Assembly: GCF_006345805.1 (NCBI RefSeq)
Contig: NC_043001.1
Span: 82,336,001-82,400,000, forward strand
DNA: 64,000 nucleotides
Direction: 5' to 3'
From: Octopus sinensis
Taxonomy: Eukaryota
A model generated the notes under the pieces. The model did not search any database. It had not been told where the DNA came from and saw only the letters and a list, made by a program, of their open reading frames with translations. Position numbers and translations under genes: made by a program. Positions 1 through 14,415 of the stretch are shown here, in pieces. Position 1 is the stretch's first letter; every line of letters begins with the position of its first letter.

Positions 1-1025
1 GGTAACTGGGATAACTCCGACATAAAACCTGCGGCTCAGTGGTTACCGATGATGTTGACTTGTTCTTCTTTTCGGATTATGGCTGCTGTTGCACAGGCAT
101 TGCACAATAACAACATTGGTTAAGCTGCGTGCAATGTCCATACTCGATAACGAGGGGCAGCCATCATGTATGTATGTATACAGTAAAATTTATTTGCCAA
201 TATAAAGTGGCTGTTCGATCTAAAACTATGTTACTACCTTCTAAACCTTAGGAAAACATCTTTCCTAGCTGGTTAACGACACACAACCTGTGTCTGATAT
301 ATTGTGAGTAAGGGAGCGATCTACTTCTCTCTAGCTTTAGCAGGACCAGTAAGTCATGTTTTTTAGGTCTTTTCCCGTCATCGGTACTGGATACTTGTTG
401 GCTAAAGATGATAGTCGTTACTATTCATATCTCATTTAGAGATTTTGAAACTAGCTTGTAACTCTCACTTTTCCTCCTCGTTTATCTCCCTTTCTCTTTG
501 TCTCTGATTTTTCTAATCCTTCAATCCCGCTGCCTCTACCCCTCTCTCCTCCTTCCACGTGACCGGTGTCCGGCCTGCCATGATCTTTCTTTCTCGGCCT
601 GACTGCCGACCGCCAACACCTATGTCCATCGATGTTCCTGCCTTTAGGCTTTCACTTTATACACGCCATCTCAATTTGATTCGTTCTCAGTCGAAAGACA
701 CCTGTTGTTATATTTATGTTGTTTGTATCTGTAATTGTGTACCATGTTATCCGTTTTTTGTCTTTGTTGCCGTACACATTCGCTATCTTTCTTACAAAAA
801 ATCTAATGCTCTTAGCTTAGACTTTTTTGGGGGGCAACCAGATCGAACTGTCTTAAGCGAAACTGCTCGAAACAGTAATGACTTCTGGTAACTTGACCGA
901 GGAAAGAAGGCCACGAATGACCCCCTCTTTTCTTCCCTGTCCTTCTAATCGTTGTTTCTCTTGTCCGCCTTCGTATCATCTATCTGTCCGAATGCTTTAT
1001 TGTACTCTATTGTGCTTTTGTTCCA

Positions 1026-1059
1026 TATATATATATACATGCATACATACATACACACA

Positions 1060-1091
<32 letters not shown>

Positions 1092-1103
1092 CATACATAC
1101 ATA

Positions 1104-1180
<77 letters not shown>
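1026..1180. repeat. (CATA)n/(TA)n compound microsatellite
   Basis: Direct reading of tandem units. Confidence 0.95.
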
Positions 1181-1183
<3 letters not shown>

Positions 1184-1697
1184 AAATATCCAACGCTGCT
1201 CCCACGAAATTGACTTCTTTTTAACCTGTAATATAAGCGGTTTATAAGCGGTGTATTTGTGGATAGTTAAAGGTGATACTCAACTACTGGTGACGAGTCC
1301 AAAAAGGGAGGCAATTTACACTTAGTGTATAAAATGAATTGCTTACAGTCGTGGCAACGCACCGTGTTGGCTAAAACCTATAGATATATTCTTCGATACG
1401 TTAGAGCAACGAAAGGAAACAGTTAACACATCAATAGTTTATTATTAACACATGTTATTTATGTTATTTATTAGCTGTGAAGCTACGAGAGTGACTCGGT
1501 TGCTTGAGGCGATGTAGCAAGACACTTGTTGAGCACACGAAATTCTAGGCTTTTGATCCAAATCTCTAATTTCACGCATACGCACGCACATGCACACACA
1601 CACATATACTGACATAGATTGATGTATTCACCGAGCATTATTTTTCCCTTGGTAATTCAAATCCCTATACACACGCGCACATAAAATGTATGTGTGC

Positions 1698-1742
<45 letters not shown>

Positions 1743-2010
1743 ACAAGAGAGAGAGAGAGATACATACATACATACATACATACATGCATATATACGTATA
1801 CATATGCATGCATACATATATACCACACATACATAAATATACAGCCATTTATATATATATATTATATATAGATATATTATAATATATATAAATATATAGA
1901 TACATATATATGTGTATACACACATGTAATAATAATCTTAGGGAATATAATTCAAAAACTTACAGGGAAAAATTCAATTTAACAAGTTAAAATCAAATTT
2001 CACAATGTAC

Positions 2011-2326
2011 AATATATGTATATAATTTCGAGAAAAACCTCTACTAAACAATTCAATAAAGAAAGACGTTATTCACATGATATAGAAAACATATACTATA
2101 TAAAACATAGACTATAAAAAACCTAATTCTAAAAATCAATAAAGTACAATAAATAGTAAATAAAAGTAGTAGTTAATAATAGTAATAGTAATTTACTATT
2201 TATTGTACTTTATTGATTTTTACAAAAAGATTTTTTTTTATAGTATATGTTTTCTATATGGTTTGAATAACATCTTTCTTTATTGAATTGTTTAATAGAG
2301 GTTTTGTCGCTAAATTATACATATAT
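2011..2326. mobile_element. AT-rich foldback/MITE-like element with ~140-bp imperfect inverted arms
   Basis: Arm 2011-2161 is the reverse complement of 2191-2326 (e.g. aatcaataaagtacaataaatagtaaat / atttactatttattgtactttattgatt), with a 29-nt spacer. Confidence 0.7.
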
Positions 2327-2427
2327 GCATATATATATTATTGTAGTATATAATATATATATATATATTAATTATATATATATAGTTTATTATATATTAT
2401 ATCATAATATATATATATATATATATA

Positions 2428-2528
<101 letters not shown>

Positions 2529-2734
2529 TCTATACACGCACACATACATTTATGTTTGCGCGTGTATCCATACGTATACATATGTGGTGTGTGTGTATGT
2601 GTGTGTGTGTGTGTGTGTACGCAACTATATATATATATATATATATATATATCCATATATCCATTTGTATTTAGTATCGCAGGTTAGATCACATCGCTTT
2701 TTGGCATCTTTCGCTTTAATAATCCTTTCTACTA

Positions 2735-2880
2735 AAGGTACAAGGCCTGAAATTTCGGGGGAAGGGAATTAGCCGGTTACATCGCCCCCCCCCCACTCTT
2801 TCACTGGTTCTTAATTTATCGACCCCGAAAGGATGAAAAGTCGACCTCGGCGGAATTTGAACTGAAATCTTTAGCTTCAA
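2735..2880 (-). mobile_element. tRNA-derived SINE family B, partial
   Basis: Matches the motif tatcgaccccgaaaggatgaaaa...gtcgacctcggcggaatttgaact seen in many copies in the window. Confidence 0.75.
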
Positions 2881-4084
2881 TAATAATTTACTTCCCTTCG
2901 TGTTTGACAAATATCTATATAACTATCATGAAAAGAATTTTGACAATTTCTGTAAATCTTAAATTTTAGTGTCCACTAGCAGATAAATACATTACGGTGT
3001 ATTAAAATACCTATGCTCAATCTCAGCTCTTATAATGGAGCAGGCATAAGTTTTTACAGCATCGAATGTTGCAACGGTCAAAATATTTTCCAGAAAATTG
3101 TATTATAATACATACACTATGTCTTATCTTAATGAACGTGACCTCTTCTTCATGGTAAGACACTCCTTTACGAGACCCCGAGTTTATTTTTCAGCTTACT
3201 TTTGCATGGTGAGCTGAAATTTTTCAAGCACAAATGCAAAAGTTTCTCCTACCATAACAAATGCATCTGCGTATTAGCGAGAAATTTATAGATAGCGAAA
3301 AAAAAATTCTTCTAAGTAAACAACCCTAGACTTGTTTTTTTTAAAGAAATCTACAAGTCTGTCTACGGGTGCTTATGAATAGACGATCGCGTTTGCAAAT
3401 GATGGTGTGCGTGAGACTAGAGCCAGTGAAAGTGATTCAGAAAACGATAATAGTAATATTCTTTATTATAAATGATCTTGACATTCTTTTCGCTTGGCAT
3501 AAAATATCCTTTACATTCTACCGTTGTTTTATTGCCATTTATTTACGAGCATTGTAAATCTTATAGATAAAATATTTTTCTGGGAACAAATTACGATTTA
3601 TAACATTGCTACTATGAGGAATTATTGCTCTGCTTTACGAGTTTTCGAGCGGTCTCTGGGAATAAATTAACTCGTATATCTAAGTATTATGGCATAATTT
3701 TTCATCTTAGAGCTAGCATTGTCTCTAAACTTTTCAGGCGAGTAGGGACGTCACATGTAGGCACCAGCCCCACGGTCTCTCATTTCCAAGATTGCATTTA
3801 TTCTTGAGAATACCTCCCGCTTAACAGACCCGTATACAGATGTTCTAACTTTATCTTTTGCTTGTTTTAATCATTGGACTGTGACCATTCTGGGACACCG
3901 CCTTGAAGGGCTTTACTCAAACAAATTGACACCGGTACTTATTTTCTAAGTCTTGCACTCATTTTTGCTGAACCACTTAATTATAGACACATAAACAAGC
4001 AAACACCGTTTATCAAGCGGTGGACTCACGCACGCTCGCATCCCCCTACACACAAACACACACACACCTCTCTCTATATATAAC

Positions 4085-4320
4085 TTGCGCTCCGTCGGTA
4101 ATGACGACGAGGGTTTCAGTTGATCCGACCAGCGGAACGCCTTGCTCGAGAAATTAACGGGAAAGTGGCTGAGCTCTCCACGGACAATCGCGTAGCCTGA
4201 ACGTAGTTCTAAGGGACACTGAACGTGACACAGAATGTGACAAGGCTGGCCCTTTGAAATACAGGTACAACTCATTTTTGCCAGGTGAGTGAACTGGAGC
4301 AGCGTGAAGTAAAGTGCCTT
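4085..4320 (-). mobile_element. SINE family C, partial
   Basis: Colinear with 37928-38268 (ctccgtcggt...gacgagggtt...gtgacaaggctggccctttgaaatacagg). Confidence 0.75.
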
Positions 4321-4331
4321 CATCTAGACTA

Positions 4332-4489
4332 GCTTCTCTCAGTTTCCGTCGACCATGTCTATTCGCAAGGCTTTGGTCGGCCCGATGCTATAGTAGAAGA
4401 CACTTGCCGAAGGTACCACGCAGTAGGACTGACCCCGAAACCATGTGGCTGGGAAGTAAACTTCTTACCACACAGCCAAGCCTGCGCCT
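4332..4489 (-). mobile_element. SINE family A, 5' part
   Basis: Reverse complement of the family-A tRNA-like head (ggctgtgtggtaag...ggttcagtcccactgcg). Confidence 0.8.
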
Positions 4490-4684
4490 AACTGCTAGAA
4501 ATAGCAGACAAGCTTTCATCCAATTACGTTTTACGCTCATAAAAGTGGAAGAATATATACGATAATGTACTTTTAAGTAATTTGTGTTTGATAAGAAGTG
4601 GGGAAAAATGATATGGTTGGATGCATTTGAAACGTCTTTGATCATAGGACTGTTTGATCGGGCCTTGAAGCGGGACTAAAATAT

Positions 4685-4833
4685 CAGCAGCAACAGCATC
4701 GTGGTGGTGGTGGTGTGGTGGTGGTGATGGCCGTCGTCATTATCGACGTCGTATTCGTTGTAGCCGTCGTCGCCGTCATCAACATCATCGCCGTCGTCGT
4801 AGCCTTCAGCCTCAGTGCCGTCGTCTTTATCAT

Positions 4834-4864
<31 letters not shown>

Positions 4865-5355
4865 AGCATCGTCACAGCCACTATCATCATCATCACCACC
4901 ACCATAATCATCACCATCATCGTCGTCGTCGTCGTGTGTTATCATCGTTGTCGACGTCGTATTCGTTGTTAGGCATCGTCATCAACATCATCGTCGTTGT
5001 AACCTTCATCACTAATGTCGTCGCCTTTATCATCATCATCATCAGCAGCAGCAGCCAGCAGCAGCAACTGCAGTATCGTCACCGACCCCTACCGACCCTC
5101 ACCGCTGCCACCACTACCACCACCACTGTCATCATCATCGTCGTCGTTGTTGCGCGTTGTCATCGTTATGGGCGTCGCATTCGTAGTAGTAGTCGTTGCT
5201 GTCATTATCATCCTCGGTGTCGTCGTCTTTATCATCATCATCATCATCATCACCACAATTACCACTACCACCTGCACCACCACCACTGCCATAACCACAA
5301 CCACTGCCACTGTCATCATCATCATCATCCTCATCATCATCGTCATCATCATAAT
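4685..5355. repeat. Mosaic trinucleotide repeat (CAT/CGT/CAG/CAC) with a higher-order unit
   Basis: The block tcgacgtcgtattcgttgt...ctttatcatcatc...cagcagcag recurs at ~4744 and ~4951, with a weaker third copy at ~5172. Confidence 0.85.
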
Positions 5356-5609
5356 ATTTCCATATTTCCGTGTAATCTTCCGCTGAAGGATATTTTCTGT
5401 TCTTTTGTGTTGGTAGATGAAATCTTGTAATTTCTCACCTGGTTCCATATTCCATTACCTGGCTCTTCGATACCTTTAATAGATTCTGCTACGTTGCAGT
5501 CAATTTGTGCGTGAAGTTCTTCCATCCATCAGACACGAAGATTCATGGTAAAGCATCAAGTCCTCTTCTTTTCGCCTTCCGACTAAGTCATTTATAATAA
5601 TGTTTCCAT

Positions 5610-5831
5610 CTCTTTTACTCTTTTACTCTTTTATTTGTTTCAGTTATTTGACTGTGGCCATGCTGGAGCACCACATTTAGCTGATCAAATCGATCCTAGG
5701 ACTTTTTCTTTGTAAGCCTAGTACTTATTCTATCGGTCTGTTTTGCCGAACCGCTAAGTTACGGGGAGGTAAACACACCAGCATTGGTTGTCAAACGATG
5801 TGGGGGGGAGGGGGCAAACACAGACACACAA

Positions 5832-5900
<69 letters not shown>

Positions 5901-6090
5901 AATATCTATATACATATACATATATACGACGGGTTTCTTTCAGTGTCCGTCTACCAAATCCACTCACAAGGCTTTGGTCGGCCCGAGGCTATAGTAGAAG
6001 ACACTTGCCCAAGGTGCCACGCAGTGGGACTAAACCCGGAACCATGTGGTTCGTAAGCAATTTACTTACCACACAGCCACTCCTACGCCT
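5610..6090 (-). mobile_element. SINE family A, full length
   Basis: tRNA-like head with A/B-box-like motifs, internal (TA)/(TG) microsatellite and a (gagtaaaa) tail; colinear with 28634-29084. Confidence 0.9.
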
Positions 6091-6192
6091 AATGCTAGTT
6101 TCATTCACTAGACTGTGGCCATGCTGTGACACATTTCTTGATGGGCTTAGGTGAACAAATCGACCCCATATTAATTGTTGTTGTTTTTTTAC

Positions 6193-6580
6193 AGGCATGG
6201 CTGTGTGGTAGGAAGCTTGTTTCCCAACCACATGGTTCCTGGTTCAGTTCCACTGCGTAGCACCTTGAGCAAGTGTCTTCTACTTAAGACTCAGGTAGAC
6301 CAAAGCCTTGTGAGTGGATTTGGGTGACGGAAACTGAAAGAAGCCCGTCGTACATATATATATATATATATATGTGTATTTGTGTATGTCTGTGCTTATT
6401 CCTCTTACCCGCCATCACATGACAATCGATGCTAGTTTGTTTGTCTCCGTACCTAGCGGTTCGCCAAAAGAAACCGATAGAATAAGTACTAGGCTTACAA
6501 AGAATAAGTCTTGGTGTCGATTTCACCATGGCCGCAATCAAATGACTGAAACAAGTAAAAAAGGTAAAAGAATAAAAGAA
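6193..6580 (+). mobile_element. SINE family A, near full length
   Basis: Colinear with other family-A copies. Confidence 0.9.
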
Positions 6581-6998
6581 TTTAGCCCTTTTTCTAGCGG
6601 TCTCTTTTGCCGAAGTGTTAAGTTATAGGGACGTGAGCAAACCGGCATCAGTTTTCAATCGGTAGTAGGCTTGTTTACGTTCCCGGAACTTACTGCTTCG
6701 ATAAAAGAGAGTGATCGAATAAGGATCAGATTTTAGAAAAGGAATAAAATACGAAGAACTGAAGATCGATTTAATCGACTGAAAAAGAAGCAAAAAACAA
6801 AAAAGAAACTTCACGTGGGTGCCCCAGCATGGCCGCACTTCATGACTGAAACAAGTAATAGATAAAATGTAATAATGGTATAAGAATAAAGGTTCTGCAA
6901 CGAAAATTGGTAAAATCTCACGAAGTTAAGTAAGTATAATTAGAACTTATTTGAGCACGGCTACCACCACAGCAATCACATTCGCCACCAACAATACA

Positions 6999-7071
<73 letters not shown>

Positions 7072-7437
7072 GCATCGAGTTTTCGTTAATCGTTCACCAG
7101 TTATAAATCTCTCTACCGAGTATATACAACTGTCAAATGCAGTCAACTGTGAAATATATCGAACAATTCGGCTGACACCTTTACCTTATTTTTATTGAGT
7201 TTATATTCAAAACATGCTGACAAATTAATACATAGAAAATTGCAAGACAAGACCTTTAATTAGAAAAATGAATATTTATTGGGAGACCTATCCAATCTGT
7301 TGTCAAGATTCGTATATACAAGCATACCTCAACTTATGTTGTTAATTGGTTCCAAGAAATGCAACTTAACACGAAAACCGACGTAACAGGAGAGAAACAT
7401 TAAAAGAAATTTATTAGCTTATATTATTAGCTTATAG

Positions 7438-7818
7438 CAGGTGTGGCTATGTGATAAGAAGCTTGCATCCTAACCATATGGTTCTGGGTTCAGTCCCACT
7501 GCGTGGCACCTTGGGTAGGTATTTTCTAATATAGCTTCGGGCCTTGTGAGTGGATTTGGAAGAAGGAAGCTGAAAGAAGCCTGTCGTATATATAATGTGT
7601 GTGCGTGTGTCTGTGTTTATCCTCCACCACCGCTTGACAGCCGGTGTTGGTGTGTTTTCGTCCCAGTAACTTAACGCTTCGGTGAAAGAGACCGAATAAG
7701 TGCAAGGCGTAGAAAAATAAGTACTGAGGTCAATTCATTCGAGTAAAAATTCTCCAAAGCGGTGTTCCAGCATGGCCGCAGTCAAATGGCTGAAACGAGT
7801 AAAGGATAAAAGAATAAA
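7438..7818 (+). mobile_element. SINE family A
   Basis: Colinear with other family-A copies, more diverged. Confidence 0.85.
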
Positions 7819-8039
7819 GGGGCTTATACATATTCCCCCTTGTGTTGCATTTGGTTTTCGTCTTTAGTATTGGTTTTAGATACTTTTTAAATGTCTATGC
7901 TTTTAGATGTGTTCGCTGAGATAGACGTTAAGTCGGATAAATCGAAGTTGATTTAATTTCGTAAAAAAAAAACAAGAAAATAAAAAAAGAATGAGAACGA
8001 CATTTGTTCGAAGAAATTGTATGGAAGCCTGTCATATAT

Positions 8040-8258
8040 CTTTTACCTTTTGCTTATTTCAGTTATTGAACTGCAGCCATGTTGGGACACCGCCTCGAAG
8101 GGTTTAGTCGAACAAATCGAACCCAGTACTAATTCTTAAACCCGACACTTATTCTATCGGTCCATTTTGCTGAACCTCTAATAGGGGATGTAAATAAGCC
8201 AATGCCGGTTGCCAAGCAGCGTGCGAGACACGCAAACACAAAAGCCACACGCACACAT

Positions 8259-8299
<41 letters not shown>

Positions 8300-8465
8300 C
8301 AAATATATACAGAGACGCAAACACACACACATACACACGTATGGCGGGCTTCTTTCAGTTTCCTAGAGTCCCAGGACTTTCATTGAAGACACTTGCCCAG
8401 GGTACCATGCAGTGGGAGTGAATCCAAAGCTAAATAGCTGCAAAGCAAACTTCTTACCACACAGA
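8040..8465 (-). mobile_element. SINE family A, diverged
   Basis: Reverse-strand match to the family-A head, body and tail. Confidence 0.8.
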
Positions 8466-10268
8466 ATTTATTTATTGATTTAGATCTAGTCTTGCAATTT
8501 TGTTCCCTGCTCTTAGTTTAAACTTGGCTGATAACTGGGTTGATATCGGCTTTGACCTTCATTTGCAACATATCACTCCAACTAACGAAAGTCAAGCTGT
8601 ATTGTTTCTAAGTACTTTACGCCTGTTTATTTTAGCGGGATAACTAAAGGGAAGAGACTGTAAGTTATACCATAGTGTCAAATGAAATAGTTCTTCCAAA
8701 TATATCTTAGATAATTTACTTGTCTAAGTTTGGGTTGGAGAGTAACTCTTGCCCAGATGGTTCGTTATGGTACAGGTCTCATTTTTACTAGTAACAATAT
8801 CAATAATTTGCTGTAATGGATGTAGGCACGGTTGTGTGGCTAATCAGTTTTGTTCAGAAATACGGGCTTTTAGGTTCGGTTTCACTAAAGGGTGTAAAAG
8901 CCACGAATATTCTGTGAGTGAAACTTGATTGATGGGAGCTATGCGGAAGCCTGCTGAAAGACAGTTTTTGGTCTTTAAATTGGTAGACGTAATTCTTCGT
9001 ATGGTGGAATACAGCCACCTGGTTCCTTGATACTGTTAGGAGATTCGGCTATGTTGTATTTATTGTAAGAAAGGTTTCCAGTCGATCAGTCACGAAGTGA
9101 TCCGGAAATGAACATGGGCGCCGTCCTGCTCTCTATGAGTAAGTAATTACAGCAAAAAATACTGATTTACGGTTCGAATTTTTGGCACAAGGACCGACGC
9201 ACTGACGATTCTGTCAGCTCATTACTTTCTACTTTAATTTTGGCGCATTGCCAGCAATTTTTAAGGCGAGTGGGCAAGTCGATTACACCGACCTCGACAC
9301 TACTGGCCTTTTTATTTTATCGATCCTCGAAAAAGAAAAATATAAAAAGAAATCGACTACGGTGACATTTGAACTCAGAATGTAAAAAAAACACAAGAAA
9401 TGCTGCTGAATATTCTTGACTGAAATTCAAATGACACTGTCGCTTCGCCGCATCGATTGCTGACTTAATTAAGACAATATCTTCTTTTAGTTCAAACGTT
9501 CAGTGACTCCTCTATCGAGAGAGTCAAACAATTATAAACTTCATAACTCACTATGAATTAAATGTCTGAAAGCCACCATAGGTTATTTGCTAGAAAAACA
9601 GGGGGGAAAAATCTCACGAAGACTAGTAGATACAATAGAGAGTGTTTTTCCTACTACTACCATCACCACCACCCTTACCACTATCCCAAATTTCTTTTAG
9701 TTGTTCAGCAGTTATAATAAATCCCATCCCAGCAATACCATTGTCAGTGCAGCCAGCTGTGAAATACTTTATAATATCAGACAGCTCAGCTGACACCTTA
9801 TTTTTATTAAGTTTATTAAATCATTCGAAAGAAGTTGTTTTGTGAACAATTGATGACACCAGTGTGAGGCTGAGAAAATTGTTATTACTTCTTTGTTGTT
9901 ATTAATAACAACTTATCAGTACAATGTATCACATGATAAAGCAGTGTTTGTGTTAGTTCTCACATTTGCGCTGTTCTCTCTCCCTCCCTCTCTTCTATTA
10001 CATATTCTTTCTCTTCCAGCCACCATTCACCTCACTCTCTCTTTGACTCTCTCTACCTCTGCTCTCTGTCTGTCTTTGTCTGTTTGTTTTTGCCTTTCTT
10101 TTACACACGTCGTTCTTTCTGTTCCTCTCATCTCCCCACCGCAACCACACACTCCCTATCTCTCTTTGTCACTTTCGCTCTCCTTCAATTTGTCTCTCTT
10201 TCTCTTTCTCACTCGTTCTTTCTGTACCTCATCTTCCACCACTATCTCTCCCTGTCACACATACACAA

Positions 10269-10645
<377 letters not shown>

Positions 10646-10972
10646 TTGTCTTTCTTTTTCACACGTCGCTCTTTCTTCACCTCATCTTTACCCACCATCG
10701 CCCCATTCTCGCTGCACTCTCCGTTTGTTCATGGAACAATGACACATTTGTATCTCACATATCTATATCTTTTCTATCGCTGTTTATCACACCATTCGAG
10801 CTGTTTTATTATATGTCTGTGCATACATACAGTAATTTTCAACAAAAGAAAATTGAAGTATTCAATACCGTGCAGATTACATACATACATATACACGCAC
10901 GCACACACACACACAACACACACACACACACACATACATGCACACATGCACGCATATGTGTGTGTGTATATG

Positions 10973-11040
<68 letters not shown>

Positions 11041-11044
11041 CTCA

Positions 11045-11372
11045 GATATACTTAGATATGTTTCGACCAAAGATTGGTCCAGACCATGTCTAACTTAATA
11101 GCACCACCTGATATTTTTTATCTAAATCCTATCTACGTCAAGTTTTGTTTATGGTCCATTCAAGTAGTGAGTTCTTTTTGAGTGAGTTGTATCCAGGTAT
11201 GGGTGGCTTATCCGGTATTCCTTGAAGAAATCTGTCCAGACTCCGTTTAAAGATGATGGGATCCTTTTCCTCTTTGATCGCTTTCGGGACAATGTTAAAC
11301 AGGGCAGGGCTTGTTGGGGAAAAGAAATTATCTTGCAGTGTACATATATGCTGTGATCCTGAATTGGGCAGG
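11045..11372 (-). mobile_element. CR1/L2-group LINE, 3' fragment
   Basis: Minus frame ...PALFNIVPKAIKEEKDPIIFKRSLDRFLQGIPDKPPIPGY...NSLLEW resembles the post-RT C-terminus of CR1-group LINEs. Confidence 0.75.
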
Positions 11373-11373
11373 A

Positions 11374-11427
<54 letters not shown>

Positions 11428-11533
11428 CACATACAGATATATTAAGTAGAGGTTAACCAAACCATAATAGAGCGGGAAGTAGAAATCGAATAACAGGGTG
11501 GGTAAAAATGTAATTGGGGAGTAAATAAATGTA

Positions 11534-12431
11534 CACGAGGTCTGATCATTAAGTGTGAGGACTACTGCCACAATAACAAAAATAAATCACGCAGAGTAAA
11601 GCCCCGTGTCACAGAGTGACCTTGACCTTTGATGTGCACGTGCACTAAGTTTTAACCTTCTAGCTCACTTCCGCTGTTATCAGCAGTGCTTCGAAATAAC
11701 GTGCGTAACGTGTGATCGTCGTATTGATCATGACGGAGAAAGCAGACATGGCGATACCTGCTCAGAAGCCAACGCAAAGTCGCAGTAAGTGTATGGAGAG
11801 GAGTGTATGAGTTGCACACAAGTGTACAAGTGATTCAGACGTTTCCAAGATGGCCGAAAAAATGTCGATATTGACGAACTTTCTGGGAGACTCGCAACCA
11901 GCAGAACTAAGAAAAACATTGCAAATGTGCGTGAAGCTGTGAAGGAAAATCATCGAATCACCATCTGTGAGATATCAGAGGATGTGCAGATTAGGTACTG
12001 TTCAGTTCAGTCCATTATCACAGAAGATTTGGGTATGAGGCGCGTGTCTCGAAAGTTTGGGCCAAAACTGTTTTTAGCTGACCAAAAAGACACTCGAATT
12101 TCAGTTGCACACGATCTCCTTGATTGTGTCGAGAACGATGAAAAGTTTTTGAAACCTTTGCGTAGGCTTCTGAGCAGGGAACACCAAGCTTTTGGGAAAA
12201 ATTGATGCAGATTTTCTGCTGAACTTTTTATGTCATGGCCAAGGCGACGAACACACGCTCCACACGTTACCTCCAAGCACTGTTGTAAACAGCGAAAGTG
12301 AGCTAGAACGTTAAAACTTACTGCGCATACGCAGCAGATTTCAAGGTCAATCTGTGCCAAGCGGCTTCATTCTTAGTACTTTAGCTGCGTTATTATGGCA
12401 ACAGTCCAGATACTTATTGATCAGACCCACG
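11534..12431 (+). mobile_element. mariner transposon, internally deleted and decayed
   Basis: Imperfect ~30-bp TIRs (cacgaggtctgatcattaagt / acttattgatcagacccacg) with TA flanks. The remnant ...AVKENHRITICEISEDVQI...EDLGMRRVSRKFGPKL matches the mariner HTH and WVPxxL region. Confidence 0.9.
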
Positions 12432-12769
12432 TATATACATATATATATATATAAACGTGGGTCTGATCAATAAGTATCTGTATATATACACACATACATA
12501 TATATACATATATACATACATATATACATTCGTATTCATATTCACACACACGCACACACACACACACACTTTCTTTCTCTCTCACACACACATACACATA
12601 CACACGTATATACACACACGCACGCACACACAGGGTGCTGTGTTATGGGCAAGTGTCTTCTATAGCTCCGAACCGAGCAATGCCTTGTGTATGAATTTGT
12701 CGAATGGAAACTGTGTTGAAGCCTGTGATATATGTGTTTGTGTGTTTGTGCGTGCGTGCGTGCATGCGT

Positions 12770-13553
12770 GTGTGTGTGTGTGTTTGTGTGTGTGCCCAGG
12801 TGTGTTCGTCTCACACGCACCAATTAATAGCCAGTGAAGTTTATTTAGGTCCCCGTAACATAACGGTTCGTATAAAAGAGAACGATAAAATTAGTAGCAG
12901 ACTTAAACGATATAAGTCCTGGGGGTGATCTATTTGGCTAAGAATGGCTGCAGTCCAATGACTGAAACAAGTAAAGTATAAAACATAGAAGAACATATAC
13001 ATATATATATACATAACCACACATTCATATACATAACCACATATTCATAACCACATATATACATAACCATATATATATATACATATTCATACACACATGC
13101 ACGCACACTTGTACATACATACGCAGCGCACGGCTACATACTATGTATGTATACACACACCATATAGTAGCAACTCATATTTGTTTAACATATTCCTATA
13201 AGCATACATATACGCATACAGACACACTGAGGGAATGTTCTATCTACCTCTATGGCTTCTCCCTTTTGAAACTCCTTTCTTACCTAGTTCATCAATATAT
13301 CACCCCACTCTTCTTTTCTCTGTTGTTATCTGAATCTCTTCAGTGCATCTTTCAGTATTCTATTGTTTACTTCTTTCCTCTCAATAATAGATGAAATATT
13401 TCACATTTATAACGAAAATACTTTCATGTGTTGAACGAATTAGAGAAAGGAGTCACTCAAAGTGAAAAGAATCAGTTTTAGATCAATATTATAAAGTGAG
13501 ATATAAATACCGCTTATATGAAGTCAATCCAAACTTCCATGTATATGTGTGTT

Positions 13554-13607
<54 letters not shown>

Positions 13608-14415
13608 TGTGTGTGCCCAGGTGTGTTCGTCTCACACGCACCAATTAATAGCCAGTGAAGTTTATTTAGGTCCCCGTAACATAACGGTTCGTAAAAAGAG
13701 AACGATAAAATTAGTAGCAGACTTAACGATATAAGTCCTGGGGGTGATCTATTTGGCTAAGAATGGCTGCAGTCCAATGACTGAAACAAGTAAAGTATAA
13801 AACATAGAAGAACATATACATATATATATACATAACCACACATTCATATACATAACCACATATTCATAACCACATATATACATAACCATATATATATATA
13901 CATATTCATACACACATGCACGCACACTTGTACATACATACGCAGCGCACGGCTACATACTATGTATGTATACACACACCATATAGTAGCAACTCATATT
14001 TGTTTAACATATTCCTATAAGCATACATATACGCATACAGACACACTGAGGGAATGTTCTATCTACCTCTATGGCTTCTCCCTTTTGAAACTCCTTTCTT
14101 ACCTAGTTCATCAATATATCACCCCACCTCTTCTTTTCTCTGTTGTTATCTGAATCTCTTCAGTGCATCTTTCAGTATTCTATTTGTTTACTTCTTTCCT
14201 CTCAATAATAGATGAAATATTTCACATTTATAACGAAAATACTTTCATGTGTTGAACGAATTAGAGAAAGGAGTCACTCAAAGTGAAAAGAATCAGTTTT
14301 AGATCAATATTATAAAGTGAGATATAAATACCGCTTATATGAAGTCAATCCAAACTTCCATGTATATGTGTGTTTGTGTGTGTGTGTGTTGTGTGTGTGT
14401 GTGTCTTTGTGTGTG
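12770..14415. repeat. Tandem duplication with a ~821-bp unit
   Basis: The anchor gtgcccagg ends at 12800 and at 13621. The copies differ mainly by 1-bp indels, and both breakpoints lie in (GT)n. Confidence 0.95.

Noticed and set aside
800-890. Half-hammerhead: gcttagac..gtcttaagc-GAAA-CUG(CUCGAAA)CAG-UA
   Set aside because: Stems II and III are plausible, but there is no CUGANGA or UUGANAA adjacent to stem II and no stem I. At best it is a decayed PLE end.
1285-1320. tgacgagtccaaaaaggga, resembling a Schistosoma-type HHR core
   Set aside because: The GAAA and NUH elements are missing.
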